Counted from the stretch's first letter, positions 47,567 through 57,552 are shown. The stretch: DNA of 60,399 bases from an uncultured Prevotella sp. (GCA_964370495.1 CAYJJH010000001.1:5499-65897); one strand, 5' to 3'. Made by a program: numbers and translations. The notes: generated by a model not told the origin, from the sequence alone.

Positions 47567-49945
47567 ATGAAGGAATATGATTTCAAAAGCATAGAAAAAA
47601 AATGGCAAGAAATTTGGAAAAACGAAAAACGCTTTGAAACAAAGAATAATGTCCCAGGCAAAGAGAATGCTTATGTATTGATTGAATTCCCTTACCCAAG
47701 CGGAAAGGGACTTCATATCGGGCATATGCGAAGCTATACTGCACTTGATGCTGTGGCAAGAAGACTTCGGTTACAGGGCAAAAATGTTTTATTCCCAATG
47801 GGTATTGATGCTTTTGGATTAGAGGCCGAAAGAACGGCTATACGTGAAAAGATTTCACCACAAGCCGTAGTAAAAAGAAACACAGAAGTATTTGTTAATC
47901 AAATGAGCAGAGTGGGTCTTTCGATAGATTGGTCAAGATTTATATCTACATGTGATCCTGACTATTATAAATGGACACAATGGCAATTCCTTAAATTTTT
48001 TGAAAAAGGCATAGCATACAAGGGTACAGCTAATGTAAATTTTTGTCCATCTTGTGGGATCCTTGCAAACGAAGAAGTAGAGGACGGAAAATGCTGCCAA
48101 TGTAAATCCGAAACAATTCAAAAAAGCATACCGCAATGGATGATGAATATGACAGCATACGCAGACAGACTGATTGATGATTTAGACAAAACAAATTATT
48201 TACCGCATATAAAAACCAGCCAAATAAATTACGTAGGCAGAAGTTACGGCGTAGAAGTAGATTTTCAAATTAAGCAGGGTGGCAATTTCAAAATATTTAC
48301 AACCTGTATTGAAACGATATATGGGATAACTTTTATGGTTTTATCACCAGAGCATAGTTTAATAAATCAATTAAAAGATAAAATTCAAAACTATGACGAA
48401 GTTCAAAAATATATAAAACAAGCAGGCAGAAAATCAGAGTTCGAAAGAACGCAAACCAGCAAGGAAAAAACGGGATGTTTGCTTAAAGGGCTTACCGCAA
48501 TAAACCCTGTAAATAATAAAGAGGTGCCAATTTATATCGCGGATTTCGTGCTTGCAAATTATGGCACGGGTGCGGTTATGGCTGTGCCTGCGCATGATCA
48601 AAGAGATTATGAATTTGCAAAAGAATATAACATTCCAATGATCCAGGTTATCCAAGGCGATGTAAGTAAGCAAGCGGTAGAAAAGGCAGAGTATATATCA
48701 AAAAATAGCAAGCTTCTTAACTCTGATCAATTTACAGGATTATCAGTAAGTGATGCTAAAAAGAAGATTACAGAATTTTTAACAGAAAAAGGTATTGCTA
48801 GATCTACAAAAAATTTCAAGATGCATGACTGGGTTTTTGCAAGACAAAGATATTGGGGTGAGCCTATTCCAATTATACATTGTGATAAATGTGGAATGGT
48901 TCCCGTACCAGAAAAAGACCTGCCCGTGTTGTTACCAAAGGTAGACAATTATGAGCCGACCAAAGATGGACAAAGCCCACTTGCTAAAATAACTGATTGG
49001 GTAAATGTTAAATGTCCAAAGTGTGGGGCAGCCGCAAAAAGAGAAACAGACACTATGCCGGGCTGGGCAGGAAGTTGCTGGTACTTTATTAGATATTGTG
49101 ATCCACACAATAACAAAGAATTTGCATCCAAAGAAGCAATGAAGTCATGGCTACCTATAACCATTTACAACGGTGGAAATGAACATACAACAAGACATTT
49201 ATTATATTCAAGATTTTGGACAAAATTTTTATATGACCAAGGACTTTTGCATACGGACGAGTTTTGCCAGGAAAGAATTTCGCAAGGTATCATTTTGGGC
49301 GAAGGTGGAGTTAAAATGAGTAAAAGTTTAGGTAACACTGTGGACCCAATTGATCTTGCAAATGAATACGGCACAGATGCGCTTCGTCTTTGGGTAATGT
49401 TTATTGGTGACTATCAAGCAACAGCAGTATGGAGTGATGACGGCGTTAAGGCCTGTCATAGAATGCTTAAAAAGATTTGGAATATGCAAGAGGGTCTAGT
49501 AGAAGGCGATAAATTCAGTGAAGAGCTAAATTATATATTCAATTCATCTATTAAAAAAATCACCCAGGATATGCAAAGTATGAAGTACAATACGGCAGTT
49601 TCTCAAATAATGATTCTAGTTAATGAGATAAGCAAGGTAGGGAAGTTAAACAAGTTTGAATATAAAACATTACTTACATTACTTAATCCTTTTGCACCTC
49701 ATATAACAGAGGAATTGTGGTCAGGTATTAAAGATGCAGTATGGCCAACCGCAGACGAAAACGCGCTTAAACAAAATACAGTAGAAATAGTAGTTCAAAT
49801 AAATTCTAAAATAGTTGCAAGAATAAACATTGAAACAGAATTAAGCCAAGAAGAAACCACAGCTAAGTGTCAGCAATATATTGAAGGCAAGAACGTTAAG
49901 AAAACAATTTATGTTAAAAACAAGTTAATTAATTTTATAGTTTGA
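47567..49945 (+). CDS. leuS: leucine--tRNA ligase
   Basis: PYPSGKGLHIGH (HIGH), VKMSKSLGN (KMSKS) and a CP1 editing insertion. Confidence 0.95.
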   Translation: MKEYDFKSIEKKWQEIWKNEKRFETKNNVPGKENAYVLIEFPYPSGKGLHIGHMRSYTALDAVARRLRLQGKNVLFPMGIDAFGLEAERTAIREKISPQAVVKRNTEVFVNQMSRVGLSIDWSRFISTCDPDYYKWTQWQFLKFFEKGIAYKGTANVNFCPSCGILANEEVEDGKCCQCKSETIQKSIPQWMMNMTAYADRLIDDLDKTNYLPHIKTSQINYVGRSYGVEVDFQIKQGGNFKIFTTCIETIYGITFMVLSPEHSLINQLKDKIQNYDEVQKYIKQAGRKSEFERTQTSKEKTGCLLKGLTAINPVNNKEVPIYIADFVLANYGTGAVMAVPAHDQRDYEFAKEYNIPMIQVIQGDVSKQAVEKAEYISKNSKLLNSDQFTGLSVSDAKKKITEFLTEKGIARSTKNFKMHDWVFARQRYWGEPIPIIHCDKCGMVPVPEKDLPVLLPKVDNYEPTKDGQSPLAKITDWVNVKCPKCGAAAKRETDTMPGWAGSCWYFIRYCDPHNNKEFASKEAMKSWLPITIYNGGNEHTTRHLLYSRFWTKFLYDQGLLHTDEFCQERISQGIILGEGGVKMSKSLGNTVDPIDLANEYGTDALRLWVMFIGDYQATAVWSDDGVKACHRMLKKIWNMQEGLVEGDKFSEELNYIFNSSIKKITQDMQSMKYNTAVSQIMILVNEISKVGKLNKFEYKTLLTLLNPFAPHITEELWSGIKDAVWPTADENALKQNTVEIVVQINSKIVARINIETELSQEETTAKCQQYIEGKNVKKTIYVKNKLINFIV

Positions 49946-50658
49946 TTTTTATAATTTTCTGGCTCTGTTAGATAATGTGTAATTTCGGGATTCTCTTTTC
50001 GATACCATGTTTTCTGTCTCTTTATGAACTGCATTGTTTGATTAAATAATAATTCTTTGTATTCGGGTAATGTAATTTCTCCGTCAATATATCTTATATT
50101 TAATCTGTATTCAAGACCAAGTAAATAAAGAAATTCTTTATCAACACCCATTTCAAGCAGCTTTTTTGTTTCTTCTATCATACCATTATCAATTCTAGCT
50201 TCATTTCTTTTTCTTACGGCAGGGATCATAAGTTCTTTATCTGGCATAAGACAAATTTGCAATACATCATATTTAGGGCTATTTGGTTGCTCGTCAAAGC
50301 CATAACCAGAAATAATTGATCTGGAATAAAGCCCTGTACCTCCGACAATTAATGGTATTTTATTTCGCCCAATAATATCATCTATTATTGGATAAGCGTC
50401 ACGTAAAAAATCTGCGACAGAGTAGCGTTTATTTTTAACAGGGTCCACATTATCTATAAGGTAGTGCGGAATACCTTGCATTTCTTCTTTTGTGATTTTT
50501 GCTGTGCCAATGTCCAGATATTTATATACCTGTCTGCTATCTGCGGATATAATTTCGCAATTAAACATTTTTGCAATGTCGATAGAAAGAGCAGTTTTAC
50601 CACTGCCTGTAACCCCGCTTAGTACAATAATTTTATTTTTTAGTTTTGCCATAACCAA
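49909..50658 (-). CDS. miaA: tRNA dimethylallyltransferase
   Basis: GVTGSGKTALSIDIAK P-loop, IISADSRQVYKYLDIGTAK and GGTGLY. Rather short at 249 aa. Confidence 0.85.
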   Translation of the reverse strand: MVMAKLKNKIIVLSGVTGSGKTALSIDIAKMFNCEIISADSRQVYKYLDIGTAKITKEEMQGIPHYLIDNVDPVKNKRYSVADFLRDAYPIIDDIIGRNKIPLIVGGTGLYSRSIISGYGFDEQPNSPKYDVLQICLMPDKELMIPAVRKRNEARIDNGMIEETKKLLEMGVDKEFLYLLGLEYRLNIRYIDGEITLPEYKELLFNQTMQFIKRQKTWYRKENPEITHYLTEPENYKNQTIKLINLFLT

Positions 50659-51458
50659 CCAAAGAATGCATAATAAACAACTTCATCCCAAACTATATCA
50701 AATACAGATGTTTCGTTTGCTACAACTTTATCACAACGTCCAACATAGTATTCAATTTTTTGTGGACCAAATGAAGTGCAGTCCCAACTTTTAATAAATT
50801 CGTCATGTCCGCCTCTGTTATCTCCCATATAGAACCAATACCCCTCGGGAACTGTTAATACGCCATTTTCTATACAATCGCTGATTGGATAAGCTATCCA
50901 GTTGCTTGTGTCTGCCCATAATCCATTAAGGACATTATATAGCTGCTTAAAATTATCCGAGCCAGGGTGACCGTATATAGGATCAAGATAATCTTCGTTA
51001 AGTTTTTCACCGTTAAGGTAAATATAATAAGAGTCCCCCTCTTTAACCATTGAAATCTTGTCACCTGGTAAAGCGATTAATCTCTTGATTACGTACATAT
51101 AATTTCCATTCTCATCTTTGTTTGGATAAGTTTGGGTATCATAGGGACCGTCTCTTGTATCTTTACCATATAGTTTAGTTACTATAATGTCGCCACGCTC
51201 TGGATCGGCTACTTTATTTGTTAATACGCTGTCGGTATTTTCACCCGTAGCATTAAGTGTGGACATCATCGAAGTTCCCATAATTGGTGATAAAATGAAT
51301 ATAAAAGCAAAGGCAATAATGGCAACAGATGCAATAATGCTGAAAGTGGAAAATACCACGGTAAAGCGCATTAAAAATCTGCTAAGGGCTGTATCTTCTT
51401 TAAGACCCTTATTATTTGTTGAAACAGAATATTCTTGGCTTTGGAATTTTTTTGCCAT
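50640..51458 (-). CDS. lepB: signal peptidase I
   Basis: N-terminal TM helix, catalytic-Ser box GTSMMSTL, GDIIV, KRLIALPGD and GDNRG boxes. Confidence 0.8.
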   Translation of the reverse strand: MAKKFQSQEYSVSTNNKGLKEDTALSRFLMRFTVVFSTFSIIASVAIIAFAFIFILSPIMGTSMMSTLNATGENTDSVLTNKVADPERGDIIVTKLYGKDTRDGPYDTQTYPNKDENGNYMYVIKRLIALPGDKISMVKEGDSYYIYLNGEKLNEDYLDPIYGHPGSDNFKQLYNVLNGLWADTSNWIAYPISDCIENGVLTVPEGYWFYMGDNRGGHDEFIKSWDCTSFGPQKIEYYVGRCDKVVANETSVFDIVWDEVVYYAFFGWLWQN

Positions 51459-51548
51459 CGTAATATAAGTATTATCTTTTAATAAAAATTTGTCAATATT
51501 TTGAATATATGAAATTTACAATTTATATATCAATTTGTATATGTCTTC

Positions 51549-52280
51549 TTATTTATGCAGGATATCCTTTTTGAATGTGTGAATCAAACCTGAACTGGCG
51601 AAAGAGTAGTGATCGTTGCTTGCGAATATTATATGATCGGTAAGGTCTATGTTTAGTACGTTGAATATGCTCATTAGTTTGCGTGTTAGATTCATATCCG
51701 CGGTAGACGGAGATGGATCTTCGTTAAGATGATTATGAGATAAAATAACCGAAGCGGTTTTCACACTTAATACCATTTGAATAATGCCTCTCATATTAAG
51801 ATGTATTTTGTCTAATTCATTGCTTGTAATAGTATCCATAATTAAAACTCTACCGGCTTTGTCTAGGCATAGAATTACAAGCTGCTCTACGCTGTATGTT
51901 TTCATTAGCGGTTTAAGATAATCTATTGCTTTATCAGGTGAAGTTATTTGAGTTTGCTTTGTAGATAAGCCAGTAACATAAGTAGTGAATTGTTTAAGAA
52001 AGGATAAGAAGACAGCAGCATATTTTCCGATGCCTATAATGTTTTCAAGATCTTTTGGTGATGCGTCTATGACCTTTGTTAATGTGCCAAATTTATTTAT
52101 AAGTCTATGAGCCATGGGATTGGTATCACATCTTGGCATGGCAAAGCCCAAAGCAAATTCAAGAACCTCGCATTCATTAAAAGTTTTAAGTTCGTCTTTT
52201 ACAAATCTGGCACGCAGTTTCTTTCTGCGACCTGCATGTATTTGAGAGTGCACATCATCTTTGTCTGGAACGGCTTTCAT
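51549..52280 (-). CDS. radC: RadC family JAB-domain protein
   Basis: HhH-like region (IGIGKYAA) and a JAMM-like motif SHNHLNEDPSPSTAD. Confidence 0.8.
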   Translation of the reverse strand: MKAVPDKDDVHSQIHAGRRKKLRARFVKDELKTFNECEVLEFALGFAMPRCDTNPMAHRLINKFGTLTKVIDASPKDLENIIGIGKYAAVFLSFLKQFTTYVTGLSTKQTQITSPDKAIDYLKPLMKTYSVEQLVILCLDKAGRVLIMDTITSNELDKIHLNMRGIIQMVLSVKTASVILSHNHLNEDPSPSTADMNLTRKLMSIFNVLNIDLTDHIIFASNDHYSFASSGLIHTFKKDILHK

Positions 52281-52531
52281 TTTCCTTCAACGCTTTTATC
52301 CGCGGTTTGTTGATCTTTGTAAGCATCGCTCTCGAGATATTCAAGATTTTTTTCTGTATCATCAAGAATTTGTTGATTTGTAATATTGTCAGCTTTGATT
52401 TTCATTTTTTCTGAATTTGTATATGCTATCATTCCGAATTGAACAATAAGCCCAACTACAAGCACAGCAATAGTGCAAGTAACAACGGTAGCAAATAATC
52501 GTATTCGTTTTAATAAATCTTCTTTTTGCAT
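52277..52531 (-). CDS. small single-pass membrane protein (FtsB/DivIC-like?)
   Basis: 84 aa with one TM helix followed by a charged helical tail. ATGA overlap with radC. Confidence 0.4.
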   Translation of the reverse strand: MQKEDLLKRIRLFATVVTCTIAVLVVGLIVQFGMIAYTNSEKMKIKADNITNQQILDDTEKNLEYLESDAYKDQQTADKSVEGK

Positions 52532-52589
52532 TATTGTAAGGATAAGTCATTATTGTATTTTTGTCAAAGGAAACTCATACTATATAACT

Positions 52590-53339
52590 ATGTTATGGTA
52601 TACTGCTGTTTTCTTGGGGCTGGTGCAAGGGCTGGCTGAATTTTTGCCAATTTCGTCCAGTGGGCATTTGCTGCTATTTGGACATTTGTTTGGAATAAAA
52701 GAAGGCGGATTACTTTTTAATATTATACTTCATATCGGAACTTTGCTGGCCGTTGTTATTGTTTATTATAAACAAATATGGGAACTTGTTAAAAAGCCTT
52801 TTTGTAAATATAACCTTCTTTTAGCTTTGGCTACTGTGATAACTTGCGGCTTTGTGTTGTTGTTTAAGGATGCAATAGACAGTATGATTGATATAAGTAT
52901 ATTACCGTTTTCGTTCATTGTTACGGGCGTAGTATTGTTGCTGCCAAGCATAATTAAACCTAAGCAAAATAATAAAAGTTGGCTGCATGCTGGCATCCAG
53001 GGGCTTATGCAGGGCATAGCAGTGGTGCCGGGCTTTTCCAGAAGTGGATTTACCATTGTATCTGGACAGTTAGCCGGGATGCAAAGAAGAGAGGCCGCGG
53101 ACTTTTCTTTTCTTATGTCTATACCAATTATAATAGCAAGTTTGCTGTTTGAAATTATTTCGGGCGGTGTCGTTGTTAACATAGGCATAGGCAACTTTAT
53201 ATTAGCCTTTTTAACAGCTTTTGTTTCAGGTATTATTGCAATTAAGTTTATGTTAGTAATTATTAAAAAAGTAAAACTATATTGGTTTTCAATTTATTTG
53301 TTTATCTTGGGTGTCTTTTTGCTTTGCGCTGGGTTTTAA
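52590..53339 (+). CDS. uppP: undecaprenyl-diphosphate phosphatase
   Basis: Start set at MLWYTAVFLGLVQGLAEFLPISSSGHL. PGFSRSG motif present. Confidence 0.9.
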   Translation: MLWYTAVFLGLVQGLAEFLPISSSGHLLLFGHLFGIKEGGLLFNIILHIGTLLAVVIVYYKQIWELVKKPFCKYNLLLALATVITCGFVLLFKDAIDSMIDISILPFSFIVTGVVLLLPSIIKPKQNNKSWLHAGIQGLMQGIAVVPGFSRSGFTIVSGQLAGMQRREAADFSFLMSIPIIIASLLFEIISGGVVVNIGIGNFILAFLTAFVSGIIAIKFMLVIIKKVKLYWFSIYLFILGVFLLCAGF

Positions 53340-53672
53340 ATATTTAAGTAAATCTTTTATTGAAACACGTTCTGTTGTTTTGTGTTTGCTTTGCCATTCT
53401 GCACAAAACATAGATACGATTTCGTTTGCTTCGAATCCTGATGCTTCCGCAAGCACATACCAATTAAGAAGAGCAGATCCAAGAAACTCGGCCAGGTTTT
53501 TTCTTCTTTCTTCGCCAAATGAATGTTCGCTGAATTTAATGCCGTAAACTAACTCTGCGATGTTGCCTGTGCTTTTTGTAAGCCCAAGGCTGCCTAGCAT
53601 TAACTTTGCATTAGTTGGTAAATCTTCTTCCTCTAAAAACTTTTTTACAATATCTTTGATGCTGTTATCCAT
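53289..53672 (-). CDS. hypothetical all-alpha protein (possibly a degenerate MazG-like fold)
   Basis: 127-aa ORF with an ATGA-type overlap with the upstream phosphoesterase gene. Weak resemblance only. Confidence 0.35.
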   Translation of the reverse strand: MDNSIKDIVKKFLEEEDLPTNAKLMLGSLGLTKSTGNIAELVYGIKFSEHSFGEERRKNLAEFLGSALLNWYVLAEASGFEANEIVSMFCAEWQSKHKTTERVSIKDLLKYLKPSAKQKDTQDKQIN

Positions 53673-54423
53673 TATGTTCTCCTTGATCTTTATTTATTGT
53701 TATCCCGAAACAAGGTTCGGCGTAACTTTCTTTTCCTGGCAGGTCGAGTGCTTTCATTTTGCTTTCGAATTTTTTTCTGTTGAATTTTACATCGACACGG
53801 TAAATATCAAAATTTGGTTCTTCACCAAAAGAGTGATTTATATCAAAGTAAGTATAGAAGGTTTGCTCGCCTTTAACGCATCCCGAGCTGCCTTGCAGGA
53901 TATATGAAAATTGCTCTTCATCAATAAGTATTTTTCTTTTATGTAAATGTCCAAAAAAGACAGCATCACATTTAGATGCACGGAAAGTTTTACGTAATGT
54001 TTTTTCGCTAAAGTCTAGCTGTTCGTCTACTACCTTTCCATTTTCATCATGATGATAGTGCGTAAATAATATCTTAAAATTGTCTTTATAGGTTAATTTT
54101 CTTTCTATTGGCATTGTTTGTACAAATCGTAAGTCGTCTTTGTCCAGTGAGCTGAATACATACTCAAGATGTTGTTTGTTCGCATATGTTTGCGCTGTGG
54201 CTGTTTCGTCATACTTGCTTATTCTTTGTTCGTGGTTTCCAAGTACGCAAAGCACATTGTGTTTTTTAAGTAACTTCAAACAAGCTGAACTGTCTGGTCC
54301 AAAGACAATTGCATCTCCAAGAAAATATGTTTGCGTAATTTTCTTGTTTTTTTTGATGTGTTTAAGAATGGCTTCTAATGCCTCTAAATTACCGTGAATA
54401 TCTCCAAAAACTGCTATTGCCAT
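53665..54423 (-). CDS. metallophosphoesterase family protein
   Basis: GDIHGN, GDAIVFGPD, GNHE and GHLH motifs. Confidence 0.85.
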   Translation of the reverse strand: MAIAVFGDIHGNLEALEAILKHIKKNKKITQTYFLGDAIVFGPDSSACLKLLKKHNVLCVLGNHEQRISKYDETATAQTYANKQHLEYVFSSLDKDDLRFVQTMPIERKLTYKDNFKILFTHYHHDENGKVVDEQLDFSEKTLRKTFRASKCDAVFFGHLHKRKILIDEEQFSYILQGSSGCVKGEQTFYTYFDINHSFGEEPNFDIYRVDVKFNRKKFESKMKALDLPGKESYAEPCFGITINKDQGEHNG

Positions 54424-54435
54424 AATATAATAAGA

Positions 54436-55056
54436 TTATAAAGGTTTTGCACGTTTTTTACAAACGAAATAAACAATTAAACCTATTATTATTGTGGCTA
54501 ATATAGTAATAGCGTAATAAATTGGGCGATTAGCATAAACGTCTGTAAAAACAATCTCCTCGCCAGTGCTCCAAAAATAAACATACTGACCAGATGATTG
54601 TTCAATCATATCTGTATTTACAGATGAATGATTTCTGTCTGATGGAATGGCATAGTAATATGTAAGTTCGGTTACCTCGGGTAGTAAAGAAATAGGGTTA
54701 AATATGTTGTACGTTCGCGTTCTGAAAAATAATTCATTTTCAATTGTAATTTTTTGATCTGGAATATTGCCCAGTGTTATTTGCAGGCTATGCATATCAA
54801 GTTCTGACATTGCACTATCTGCAAGAAACTTTGGATCCGAGATCGTTACATCTCCCACCTGGGGTATGCTGTTAAGTGAAGCAATAAGATTTTGCAATAC
54901 ATCGGGCTTTGCCCCTTCGTCCAGTTTTACATAGACAATAACATCTTTTGGGTTTGATTCGGCCACTGTGCTTGTATCTGTGCCGCTGAAATTCCCGCAA
55001 GCCGAAAAGGTAACCGCGGTTAAAATCAAAATAAGTACACTAAAAAATTTAATCAT
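54436..55056 (-). CDS. putative lipoprotein with C-terminal TM anchor
   Basis: The signal peptide ends in the lipobox FSAC. Hydrophobic helix near the C-terminus. Confidence 0.6.
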   Translation of the reverse strand: MIKFFSVLILILTAVTFSACGNFSGTDTSTVAESNPKDVIVYVKLDEGAKPDVLQNLIASLNSIPQVGDVTISDPKFLADSAMSELDMHSLQITLGNIPDQKITIENELFFRTRTYNIFNPISLLPEVTELTYYYAIPSDRNHSSVNTDMIEQSSGQYVYFWSTGEEIVFTDVYANRPIYYAITILATIIIGLIVYFVCKKRAKPL

Positions 55057-55132
55057 TTACTATATAAATATTACACTGGATTATAAAGATGTCAAAACAT
55101 TACAACAGACAAAAACCGATAATATAATAAAT

Positions 55133-55207
55133 TGGCAGGGGATGCTGGATTTGAACCAACGAATGCGACAGTCAAAGTGTCGTGCCTTACCGCTTGGCGA
55201 ATCCCCT
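55133..55207 (-). tRNA. tRNA-Gln, anticodon TTG
   Basis: Hand fold of the reverse complement: AGGGGAT/ATCCCCT acceptor, GCC-AAGCGGTAA-GGC D arm, anticodon loop CT-TTG-AC, T loop TTCAAAT and encoded CCA. Confidence 0.9.
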
Positions 55208-55299
55208 TAATAAAACAAAGTATACTGCATTTTAAATTTTTTGTAAAGTCACTGATTGCTTTTTTATAAAATTTTCATAAAGGATTTTAGGGGCTAGTA

Positions 55300-55329
55300 T
55301 TGACCCTGCAATGTCAAATATGTTATATT
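55300..55329 (+). promoter_or_regulatory. near-consensus promoter, leaderless geometry
   Basis: TTGACC, 18 nt, TGtTATATT. The ATG at 55339 lies 9 nt after the -10 and there is no SD. Confidence 0.5.
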
Positions 55330-55338
55330 TTAATTGAA

Positions 55339-56769
55339 ATGGAAACAAAATTTATAAAAGAAATTCAAGAACTTAAAAAGGTAAAAAGGTTCGAGGGTTC
55401 AGGAATTATAGGCGATAGCACAGCAGATCATTGCTTTGGTATGATTGCAATTTGTCATGAACTTATGAAGGCTTATAAATTAGATTTAAATTATGAAAAG
55501 GTTCTTAAACTTATTTGTGCTCATGATATGGGGGAAATCGGATTAACATCTGACTATAATGCTTGCGTAGTTGTTGGTGACAAAAGTCTTAAAGCAGAAA
55601 AAGATCTTTATGAACAACAAATAATTGATTATTTAGCATTAAGATTTAACAAGGGTGAGCTAGCCGATTTGGTTGAAGAATATAACTTTAAAATGTCAAA
55701 AGAAGCAAGATTTGTAAAAGTAGTAGATAAAATAGAAGCAATATTTTATATAATGCAGCAAGGGGTCGAGCTTAAAAAGAATCCAGATTTTACAATAATG
55801 TCACTGGAAGAATATATAAAGGGCTTCCCAGAGATTTTGCCATTTGTTTTAGAAATCAGGGACGTGCTTAAAAAAGAGTATGATAACCTTACAGACAAAG
55901 GGCACATTGAAAGGAAAGAGGCGTACGATGCCGTTTTCAATCCTATAAACGAAGAAGAAGTAGACAAAGAATATTGCAGATTTGAAGACAAAAGTCAGAT
56001 TAGATGGAAGCCAGAATACGATGCTATCTTTACACCATTTGCAAAAGCTATTTCCCAAGGGGTAGAGATAACCCCACTGGTGCCATATTTTTTAAATTTA
56101 ATGGAATTAAAAAATGTTAAAAGAATGATGAACAGAGATAAAGAAACTGTATCAAGAAGATATGACGGACATGAAGACACAGTTGCAGAACATATTTTTT
56201 CTACAATTTTTATGGGGATAGAACTTAAAAACGAACTTAATATTGACATAGACCTTAACCGTTTTGTTGATATAGCTATAAATTCGAACCTAAGCCAAAC
56301 AAGAGCAAACTCTGCTTTCACAATGAGAGAACTATGCACAAAGTCACACTTAGCTGAAATTAAATATGACAGTGAAATAAGTATTATAAACATGCATGCA
56401 TTAAACCTAGACAGATCAGATTTAGTTAACACTTATTACGATGCTAAATATAATTACAGTAAAGAAGCTAAATTTTTCAATGCGGTTTCAAGTATGGAAA
56501 CTTCTATTCAGAATATGGAGATAGATCTTGATAACGAAGCCGACAGGGATATAATAGCTACCGGTTATTATAAGCCATTATCCAGATGCAAAGAGTTGAT
56601 TCCATTTGCCGAAGATCTAAAAGAAGATTTAAGAGATCATTATCAATTGCAAGGTTTTGAATGGAAAGAGGAGTACGAGAAAAAATTACCAAAAGCAAAA
56701 AAATCAATATTTGCGATGGTAGTAAATGGTGTCTCTAAACTTGAACAAATGGCTGAGAGAATGAAATAA
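55339..56769 (+). CDS. tandem HD-domain protein (YfbR-like 5'-deoxynucleotidase domain plus degenerate second copy)
   Basis: Domain 1 has ADH..HDMGE..VDKIE (H..HD..D). Domain 2 keeps VAEH, but NSNL replaces HD. Confidence 0.65.
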   Translation: METKFIKEIQELKKVKRFEGSGIIGDSTADHCFGMIAICHELMKAYKLDLNYEKVLKLICAHDMGEIGLTSDYNACVVVGDKSLKAEKDLYEQQIIDYLALRFNKGELADLVEEYNFKMSKEARFVKVVDKIEAIFYIMQQGVELKKNPDFTIMSLEEYIKGFPEILPFVLEIRDVLKKEYDNLTDKGHIERKEAYDAVFNPINEEEVDKEYCRFEDKSQIRWKPEYDAIFTPFAKAISQGVEITPLVPYFLNLMELKNVKRMMNRDKETVSRRYDGHEDTVAEHIFSTIFMGIELKNELNIDIDLNRFVDIAINSNLSQTRANSAFTMRELCTKSHLAEIKYDSEISIINMHALNLDRSDLVNTYYDAKYNYSKEAKFFNAVSSMETSIQNMEIDLDNEADRDIIATGYYKPLSRCKELIPFAEDLKEDLRDHYQLQGFEWKEEYEKKLPKAKKSIFAMVVNGVSKLEQMAERMK

Positions 56770-56813
56770 ATAACAACTTTATTTTTATTAAACAATCTTT
56801 TATAATTTTATAA

Positions 56814-57461
56814 ATGACTAAACAAGAACTTAAAAACGAATATGATAAACTGCAAACCCTATATGGAAGCATTAAATATAATTCTGTTTATTTTGGTGGT
56901 TGTGAAGACAAACCCGATGTTGCGCTTGTATTTATGAATCCCACAGCAAAAAACATTGCTACCGAAAAGAATTGGAAAGGCATACGTACACAATGGCTTG
57001 GAACAAAGACAATATGGAAGTTCCTAGCAGCTGCGGGACTTTTCAGTAAAGAGTTAAATGAAGAAATTCAAAAAAAACGCCCAGAAGATTGGACGCCGGA
57101 ATTTTGTGTGATTGTATATAAATGGCTTGAAGAACATAAAATCTATATGACAAATTTGGCGAAGTGTACACAAGAAGACGCAAGGCCTTTACCAGACAGA
57201 GTTTTTAAGGCGTATAAAGAATTACTTACATATGAACTGGAAATAATTAAACCAAAGAAAATAATTTTGTTTGGGAATCAGGTTTCCAGCATTATGCTGG
57301 ATTCTAAAATAAGCGTAACACAGTGTAGGAAGCAAAAATTCAGCTTACAAATAGGTGAACAAATTATACCTTGTTATCCCGTTTATTATCCTGTGGGGAA
57401 TAACATTTTTAACGGCCCGAAGGCCGTTGAAGATATTATTTGGATAATGAATAATCATTAA
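56814..57461 (+). CDS. uracil-DNA glycosylase superfamily protein
   Basis: LVFMNPTAKN resembles the G(I/M)NPG motif A of UDG families. Size and LFGNQV fit a UDG fold. TATAAT lies 7 nt before the ATG. Confidence 0.55.
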   Translation: MTKQELKNEYDKLQTLYGSIKYNSVYFGGCEDKPDVALVFMNPTAKNIATEKNWKGIRTQWLGTKTIWKFLAAAGLFSKELNEEIQKKRPEDWTPEFCVIVYKWLEEHKIYMTNLAKCTQEDARPLPDRVFKAYKELLTYELEIIKPKKIILFGNQVSSIMLDSKISVTQCRKQKFSLQIGEQIIPCYPVYYPVGNNIFNGPKAVEDIIWIMNNH

Positions 57462-57478
57462 TGTATATTAATGGGAAT

Positions 57479-57552
57479 AGGCGTGTCGCCAAGTGGTAAG
57501 GCAAATGGCTCTGACCCATTCATCGTAGGTTCGAATCCTGCCACCCCTGCCA
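57479..57552 (+). tRNA. tRNA-Gln, anticodon CTG
   Basis: AGGCGTG/CACCCCT acceptor (C4:C69 mismatch), GCC-AAGTGGTAA-GGC D arm, anticodon loop CT-CTG-AC, T loop TTCGAAT and encoded CCA. Confidence 0.8.
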
